Positions 56,549 through 64,000 of a DNA stretch of 64,000 nt are shown here, piece by piece. Numbering within the stretch: position 1 is the first letter of the stretch; each line of letters opens with the position of its first letter. The notes beneath the pieces were generated by a model. It ran no database searches, was not told the DNA's origin, and worked only from the letters and a program-made list of their open reading frames with translations. Source of the stretch: Guillardia theta CCMP2712 (Eukaryota > Protista > Cryptophyta); NCBI RefSeq assembly GCF_000315625.1, contig NW_005434626.1:62001-126000 (forward strand). Direction: 5' to 3'. Position numbers and translations under genes: made by a program.

Positions 56549-58342
56549 ATTCGTCACTTTGACCTCTCTGTCCACCTGGCGCTTGAGAAATACCACCGCT
56601 GGCCTTCCTCGCAGTACCTCGCCGCGCATCCCGACCTGCTAGAGTTTGCGAGGTTCAAGCGGGAGCTTCCGCATAGTCGGGGAGGGGACGAGTTCACGCC
56701 CTCTGAGGGTCTACACCCCGCTGTTTACTATACGGCTATCGCTCGCTTCCTCGCTTGGTACTCTGACCAGCCGATGTCACGGACGCTGCTCTCTCCTCAT
56801 AGCCTGGACGTTCACTGCTCGAGATCTCTCCGTGCCCAGAAGCATCCTCTGGCGACCTTCTTCGTTGAGGCGCACGACTTCGTTCATAATGCTGGAGCGA
56901 TCCTCTACCGTCGTGTCAAGGCTCCTGCACCAGCTGCAGATGGCGCGGCGATCCCACCTGCCCCGGCTGCTGTGCCTGATGACGCAGGACGCCCCCCGGC
57001 ATCTGTACTCGTCTCATGAGCACTTCATTCCTCCGCCTGCGCAGCGAAATGTGACCCCTCTTGTCATGCGCGTCTTCCCTCGCCATGTGCATGCTCGCGC
57101 TGCGCTGACCGATCAGCAGCGTCTCGGATATCCTCACCTTGCACAGCCGCAGGACACACTCGCTCAAGTCGCAGGATAGGGTCTTGCAGTCTACCATCTT
57201 CGCTCATTTTCCTGAGCGAGACCTGAGCCACTCTCCGATGCGAGTCTCGAGCTACTACCCCCTCAAGGCCTTCCCGCACCGCTATGCTCAGATGCTCGAC
57301 TGCTATCTCCATGGCATGCCGATCTGCCAGTGTCCGACGGAATGTGATGGATGTCAGCGCGAGCTCGATCCCTCCGTTGCTGCACATCATCTCCAGACCT
57401 GCAAACGCCGATCCTCCAAGCTTCCCACGGCGCATGTCTACCTTCTGCCAGTAAATCCATTATCTTACAACCTTACTCGTACGATTCGGTCGATGCTGAA
57501 CGAAGCTGGTCTTCAGAGCGTCATCGATACAGTGGGGGATCCTCGCTCTCGACGGCAGGTACCCTCCCATCCTCATGGCCGCAAGATGAAGGGCGATATC
57601 CACATCCCTGGAATCCGCGATCGAGGGTCCGAGCAGTACGAGGGCTTGATGGCGGACGTGACGTTGGTCCACTGTGACCCTTACATTGGAAGCTCTGCCG
57701 ACCTGACCAAGTGGGGGGAGGTCAACCTCGACGCCCTCCATGTTGCAGCGTCTGAGAAGATTCGCAAACATCGCGCTGCATATGCTATGACTACTCCTCC
57801 TCGAGCGTTCATCCCTCTTGCCATCTCGACGGACGGTACCCTGCATCCTGACACCCTCCGCTTCATCTGGTATCTCGCGGACATCATTGCTCAGCGCTCA
57901 ATGCCTCTTGAGGATGCGGCGTTTGGTCGGCACTTCGTGCCTGATGACGGACCTGCTGCTGAGGTCTTGGCTCGCAAACGCGCCGCCACCTATCAGCGCC
58001 TCACCATGCAGCTGACGCTGGAGGCGCTCTTGTCTGGTGCGAGGCGCATGACGCCCTTGCGGTCACGCCGGTCCTTGGGCATTGCCGCGGCGTGCGGCCG
58101 CCGTCACGGGCGGCTACCGCTGACTCGGCTACCGCTGACTCGGAGGCTAGCGAGGAGGACTACCTCGAGCGGTACCGTGTTCCTGTGTCCAGCCTCCCTC
58201 CGTCCGCTGCCCCAGGCGGACCCCCGGGCAACGCCGGCTCCTTGTCGGCGGCTGCCCTTTCTCCTTCCGCGGCCGCCCGCTTTGTGCCGGCAGCGGACGT
58301 CTCGACTGACAGTGGTCAGTCGGCTGCCTCCGGGTATCGCGT
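56549..58342 (+). pseudogene. 5'-truncated retrotransposon copy (post-RT region plus RLE endonuclease), with indels
   Basis: CDGC…HHLQTC…AH, KGDIHI, LMADVTLV, EKIRKH, FIPLAISTDG; 30-nt insertion at 57437-57466; internal deletion near 58060. Confidence 0.85.
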
Positions 58343-59922
58343 GAAGGTAAAAAGTGCCTCAAGCAAAACAAAGCAGGATCAAGCTAAACCTCCTGGCACA
58401 CAGCGCACAGCGAGGAGCGGCACAATCACACACAAAACACAAGCCCGAAAAGAACCAGCACTGCTGGCACCCAGACGCGGCATCGCCAGCCCAAGCGCGA
58501 AGCCGCGCAGACAAGCAGCCGAAGGGCCAAGCAATCCAGCAACAAGCAGCAGGAGCATGCAGGAGGAATAAATCCCTTACACGCGATACCCGGAGGCAGC
58601 CGACTGACCACTGTCAGTCGAGACGTCCGCTGCCGGCACAAAGCGGGCGGCCGCGGACGGAGAAAGGGCAGCCGCCGACAAGGAGCCGGCGTTGCCCGGG
58701 GGTCCGCCTGGGGCAGCGGACGGAGGGAGGCTGGACACAGGAACACGGTACCGCTCGAGGTAGTCCTCCTCGCTAGCCTCCTCGTCAGCGGTAGCCGAGT
58801 CAGCGGTAGCCGCCCGTGACGGCGGCGACGCCGCGGCAATGCCCAAGGACCGGCGTGACCCGACCGATGCCGGGAGGAAGCAGGCGAGCTCGGACCAGCA
58901 GCAAGCACCCCAGTGGTGTCGAGCTCTCCGGAGGCACCCGGCGACGTCAGTGAGGGACGGAGACGCCTCGCCAGATCCGCGCCGATCGTCGGCGCCACTC
59001 GACGTGTTTCCCCCATCGGAGTCGGAGACCTCCGGCGAAGACTCCCCCTCGGGCGACTCGACAAAGTCCGAGGAGGAGCTGTCCTGTGGCTCGAGAAGTG
59101 CTTGCGCCCGCAAGGGCGTCATGCGCCTGGCACCAGACAAGAGCGCCTCCAGCGTCAGCTGCATGGTGAGGCGCTGATAGGTGGCGGCGCGTTTGCGAGC
59201 CAAGACCTCAGCAGCAGGTCCGTCATCAGGCACGAAGTGCCGACCAAACGCCGCATCCTCAAGAGGCATTGAGCGCTGAGCAATGATGTCCGCGAGATAC
59301 CAGATGAAGCGGAGGGTGTCAGGATGCAGGGTACCGTCCGTCGAGATGGCAAGAGGGATGAACGCTCGAGGAGGAGTAGTCATGGCATATGCAGCGCGAT
59401 GTTTGCGAATCTTCTCAGACGCTGCAACATGGAGGGCGTCGAGGTTGACCTCCCCCCACTTGGTCAGGTCGGCAGAGCTTCCAATGTAAGGGTCACAGTG
59501 GACCAACGTCACGTCCGCCATCAAGCCCTCGTACTGCTCGGACCCTCGATCGCGGATTCCAGGGATGTGGATATCGCCCTTCATCTTGCGGCCATGAGGA
59601 TGGGAGGGTACCTGCCGTCGAGAACGAGGATCCCCCACTGTATCGATGACGCTCTGAAGACCAGCTTCGTTCAGCATCGACCGAATCGTACGAGTAAGGT
59701 TGTCATGCGCCGTGGGAAGCTTGGAGGATCGGCGTTTGCAGGTCTGGAGATGATGTGCAGCAACGGAGGGATCGAGCTCGCGCTGACATCCATCACATTC
59801 CGTCGGACACTGGCAGATCGGCATGCCATGGAGACATTCCGTCGGACACTGGCAGATCGGCATGCCATGGAGATAGCAGTCGAGCATCTGAGCATAGCGG
59901 TGCGGGAAGGCCTTGAGGGGGT
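58343..59922 (-). pseudogene. Retrotransposon copy: RLE endonuclease, acidic tail, stop codon and 3' UTR
   Basis: ORF 58577-59887 is near-identical to the + copy and has a 39-bp in-frame duplication (CLHGMPICQCPTE). Confidence 0.85.
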
Positions 59923-61537
59923 GACATAGNNNNNNNNNNNNNNNNNNNNNNNNNNNNNNNNNNNNNNNNNNNNNNNNNNNNNNNNNNNNNNNNNNNNNNN
60001 NNNNNNNNNNNNNNNNNNNNNNNNNNNNNATTTACTGGCAGAAGGTAAAAAGTGCCTCAAGCAAAACAAAGCAGGAACAAGCGGAACCGGCAGGNNNNNN
60101 NNNNNNNNNNNNNNNNNNNNNNNNNNNNNNNNNNNNNNNNNNNNNNNNNNNNNNNNNNNNNNNNNNNNNNNNNNNNNNNNNNNNNNNNNNNNNNGGGGGG
60201 GTAGTAGCTCGAGACTCGCATCAGGTCTCGCTCAGGAAAATGAGCGAAGATGGTAGACTGCAAGACCCTATCCTGCGACTTGAGCGAGTGTGTCCTGCGG
60301 CTGTGCAAGGTGAGGATATCACGCTGCTGATCGGTCAGCGCAGCGCGAGCATGCACATGGCGAGTTTTATTCCTCCTGCATATTGTGCCGCTCCTCGCTG
60401 TGCGCTGTGTGCCAGGAGGTTTAGCTTGTTCCTGCTTTGTTTTGCTTGAGGCACTTTTTACCTTCTGCCAGTAAATCCATTATCCGCGAGGGAAGACGCG
60501 CATGACAAGAGGGGTCACATTTCGCTGCGCAGGCGGAGGAATGAAGTGCTCATGAGACGAGTCGACGAGAGCGCGCAAACCAGGGATGTGTACCACAGAT
60601 GCCGGGGGGCGTCCTGCGTCATCAGGCACAGCAGCCGGGGCAGGTGGGATCGCCGCGCCATCTGCAGCCGGTGCAGGAGCCTTGACACGACGGTAGAGGA
60701 TCGCTCCAGCATTATGAACGAAGTCGTGCGCCTCAACGAAGAAGGTCGCCAGAGGATGCTTCTGGGCACGGAGAGATCTCGAGCAGTGAACGTCCAGGCT
60801 ATGAGGAGAGAGCAGCGTCCGTGACATCGGCTGGTCAGAGTACCAAGCGAGGAAGCGAGCGATAGCCGTATAGTAAACAGCGGGGTGTAGACCCTCAGAG
60901 GGCGTGAACTCGTCCCCTCCCCGACTATGCGGAAGCTCCCGCTTGAACCTCGCAAACTCTAGCAGGTCGGGATGCGCGGCGAGGTACTGCGAGGAAGGCC
61001 AGCGGTGGTATTTCTCAAGCGCCAGGTGGACAGAGAGGTCAAAGCGACGAATCCGCTGACTCGGAGGCTAGCGAGGAGGACTACCTCGAGCGGTACCGTA
61101 CGGTTCCTGTGTCCAGCCTCCCACCGTCCGCTGCCCCAGGCGGACCCCCGGGCAGCGCCGGCTCCTTGTCGGCGGCTGCCCTTTCTCCGTCCGCGGCCGC
61201 CCGCTTTGTGGCGGCAGCGGACGTCTCGACTGACAGCGCCTCAGTCGGCTGCCTCCGGGTATCGCGTCTAAGGGATTTTATTCCTCCTGCATGCTCCTGC
61301 TGCTTGGTGCTTGATTGCTTGGCCCTTCGGCTGCTTGTCCGAACGTCTGCGCGGCTTCGCGCTTGGGCTGGCGCTGCCGCGTCTGGGTGCCAGCAGTGCT
61401 GGTTCTTTTCGGGCTTGTGTTTTGTGTGTGTTTGTGCAGCTTCTCGCTGTGGACTGTGTGCCTGGAGGTTTAGCTTGATCCTGCTTTGTTTTGCTTGAGG
61501 CACTTTTTACCTTCTGCCAGTAAATCCTATACATCAT

Positions 61538-63110
61538 TGGACCCGCGGGAGAAACGGAGATGACCCCTGGAGGAAGAAGCGCAGCTTCTGGAGATGGCTC
61601 GCCCTCACCAGCGTCTTGAACATGAAGCCATGATGCTGGACGAGCCCGAGCTTTGAGAGCTCTTCGTTGAGGGTAGAAACCTTCGCTCGGAGCTGACTAG
61701 CATGAAATCCATCCGGCGTGCCGATAGGCAGGCCGCCAAGTGTAATCCCGCCAGTGACGACCTCGAAGTGAAGAAGTTGAGTCTTGAGACGCGGCGCTTA
61801 AGGCTCTTCTTCAGCTGCGAGAGATCAGGGTGTTGATGCCAGGAGGGGATGTAAACTTTCGACTCGCGAGGTTGAATCTCTAGCTTCAGATCAGCCACCA
61901 TGTACTTCTTCATAGCGGACGTAGCTGCAACGGCATCCTCGAGTGGACCGACAAGCACGACGTTGTCAGCATAGGCCAAGACTCGAACAGAGGGAAAAAG
62001 CTCTGCGATATGGAGGAGCAGGGGGTGGATACTGTGGCAGAAAAACACGCTGGAGGGGACATCGCCCTGACAGACGCCCGAGGTACACTGAACGGAGGCT
62101 GACTGACTTTTGTGAAAGAGTCGAAGGTCAGCAGAGTCTCCATAGTAGCTGGAGAGGTAGGAGGCGAACAAACGGAGATGCTCGCAAGAGGGCAAGCTTG
62201 CGCCTTCAGTGATGCTCCCATCAAAGTAGTCGCGACTCGCACGTCCCTCGATTGCATCGAAGAGAGCCTGGCGGTCGAGGGAGTTGAAGGCGTTCTTTGC
62301 ATCCAAACTCACCAGCACTGTGGGGTTGGCAACATCCTCATCATCACCGCGAGCGTGAAGGGGCAGGAGCGCTGACGCGGTTTGCGAGAACTTCAGACAG
62401 CCGTTTGTAAATCCTATGTCAGGCCGTCTCGATCGAGCCCGAACTGAATCGCTCGAGGGTGAGACGAGAGGAAGTGCTGGTCAAGAAATGAGCGAATCCC
62501 TGCCAAAGCAAGCTTCGTCGCGAGTCGACGGTGTGCAGAACCGATGACAATTGGCCGGAGACCAGGTTTATCAGCTCCCTTGGAGAGGGGAATAAATCTG
62601 CCTCCTCGACGAATGGCTGACAGGGCAGGAATAAGAAGATCCGGCATCCGGCCAAGAAGGACCCCTTGGAGGATATGTTGGCAGTAGAGCTTCAAAGCTG
62701 CAGGATGACTAGAAAGGGGTGACAGGTGTTGCCGAATCCTCCACCCTTGGTCATCGGTCCCCGCAAAGGAGCTGTGTTGCTTGATCGCCTGGATCAGGCT
62801 AGTGGTGTCGAGGATGTCAGTCAAATCCACCTGCAGTACTGCAAGCGCTTGCTGGGTGAGATGATCCGCGGAAGCACTTCCAAAGGCAGGCGACGCACCA
62901 TCAGGGAACTTCTCTTGTGCTTCAGCAAGAAGATCAGCGAAAGATTCAGCCCTGTAGATGCCGGAGCTCAGTAGTGTCCGTACCGCCCGATGAAGGTCAC
63001 CCGCAGTGAACTGATGAATCGCCAACTGTCGTTGGCGCTCGCTCGCAGAGGTGAGGGACAGCGTAGGTCGCGGCGGAGGAGCAGGCTCAGACTCCTGAGA
63101 CGATTGGCCG
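61538..63110 (-). pseudogene. Reverse transcriptase domain of the retrotransposon (disrupted)
   Basis: FIPLSK…GLRPIVIGSAHRRLATK, IQFG, LVSLDAKNAFNSLDR, GVCQGDVPSSVFFC, LAYADNVVLVG; frameshifting insertion at 62405-62427. Confidence 0.9.
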
Positions 63111-64000
63111 ATGTTATTCCTCCTGCATGCTCCTGCTTGTTGCTTGATTGCTTGACCCTTAGGCTGCTTGTCTGCGCGGCTTCGCGCTTGGGCTGGCGAT
63201 GCCGCGTCTGGGTGCCAGCAGTGCTGGTTCTTTTCGGGCTTGTGTTTTGTGTGTGTTTGTGCAGCTTCTCGCTGTGGACTGTGTGCCTGGAGGTTTAGCT
63301 TGTTCCTGCTTTGTTTTGCTTGAGGCACTTTTTCAGGTGACCTTCTGCCAGTAAATCCATTGTAGTGCTCACTGTGACGTCGGGTGCCAATCCGTAGGTA
63401 TTCCTCCGGAGAGCTCGACACCACTGGGGTGCTTGCTACTGGTCCGAGCTCGCCTGCTTCCTCCCCGGCATCGGTCGGGTCACGCCGGTCCTTGGGCATG
63501 ACATTGCCGCGGCGTCGCCGCCGTCACGGGCGGCTACCGCTGACTCGGCTACCGCTGACTCGGAGGCTAGCGCGGAGGACTACCTCGAGCGGTACCGTGT
63601 TCCTGGGCCTGTGTCCAGCCTCCCTCCGTCCGCTGCCCCAGGCGGACCCCCGGGCAACGCCGGCTCCTTGTCGGCGGCTGCCCTTTCTCCGTCCGCGGCC
63701 GGCAGCTTTGTGGCGGCAGCGGACGTCTCGACTGACAGTGGTCAGTCGGCTGCCTCCGGGTATCGCGTCTAAGGGATTTTATTCCTCCTGCATGCTCCTG
63801 CTGCTTGTTCGCGCTTGGGCTGGCGATGCCGCGTCTGGGTGCCAGCAGTGCTGGTTCTTTTNNNNNNNNNNNNNNNNNNNNNNNNNNNNNNNNNNNNNNN
63901 NNNNNNNNNNNNNNNNNNNNNNNNNNNNNNNNNNNNNNNNNNNNNNNNNNNNNNNNNNNNNAAATCCACTAGGATTAGGAGGCCATCCAGTCCAGGAGGT

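Larger units (their letters stand above)
56142..63970. mobile_element. Cluster of nested or fragmented copies of one RLE-type non-LTR retrotransposon (CRE-like)
   Basis: RT motifs plus zinc-knuckle and PD-(D/E)xK endonuclease motifs; ~260-nt 3' UTR ending CCTTCTGCCAGTAAATCC found whole or partial about 7 times in both orientations. Confidence 0.9.

Noticed and set aside
62414-63499. 361-aa ORF as an intact protein
   Set aside because: Chimeric: the N-terminal part is antisense 3' UTR and tail sequence inserted upstream of the RT fragment.

Overview
Eukaryotic nuclear DNA, not prokaryotic. It is gene-dense, with many short (~45-60 nt) GT-AG introns, GA/CT microsatellites and four 100-N gaps. 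Intron size, bipartite plastid-type leaders and gene content suggest a cryptophyte alga such as Guillardia theta (inference). From 1 to ~55.7 kb the recognisable genes are: two cyclic-nucleotide-binding-domain ion channels, a large coiled-coil protein, an HTH/AT-hook-like putative transcription factor, an EF-hand-like/MTP18 fusion, XMAP215/MOR1, a PAH + DUF1479 (Gig2/YbiU) fusion, cathepsin B, an F-box/SNF2/RING helicase, DHAR, a RING-H2 ligase, riboflavin kinase and an NHL-repeat protein. This part also holds a ~920-bp TIR element, two clean minisatellites (19 and 26 bp) and recurring intergenic islands rich in CCGG/GGCC/GTAC. The last ~8 kb (56.1-64 kb) is built entirely from fragments of one CRE-like, restriction-like-endonuclease non-LTR retrotransposon in both orientations. 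The fragments appear nested in one another, form a multi-kb palindrome, and include 14-30 nt micro-insertions made of the element's 3' tip (…GTAAATCC) plus short variable tails. This self-nested retroelement cluster is the most unusual structure in the window. Exon boundaries were read by eye, so multi-exon gene ends are approximate.
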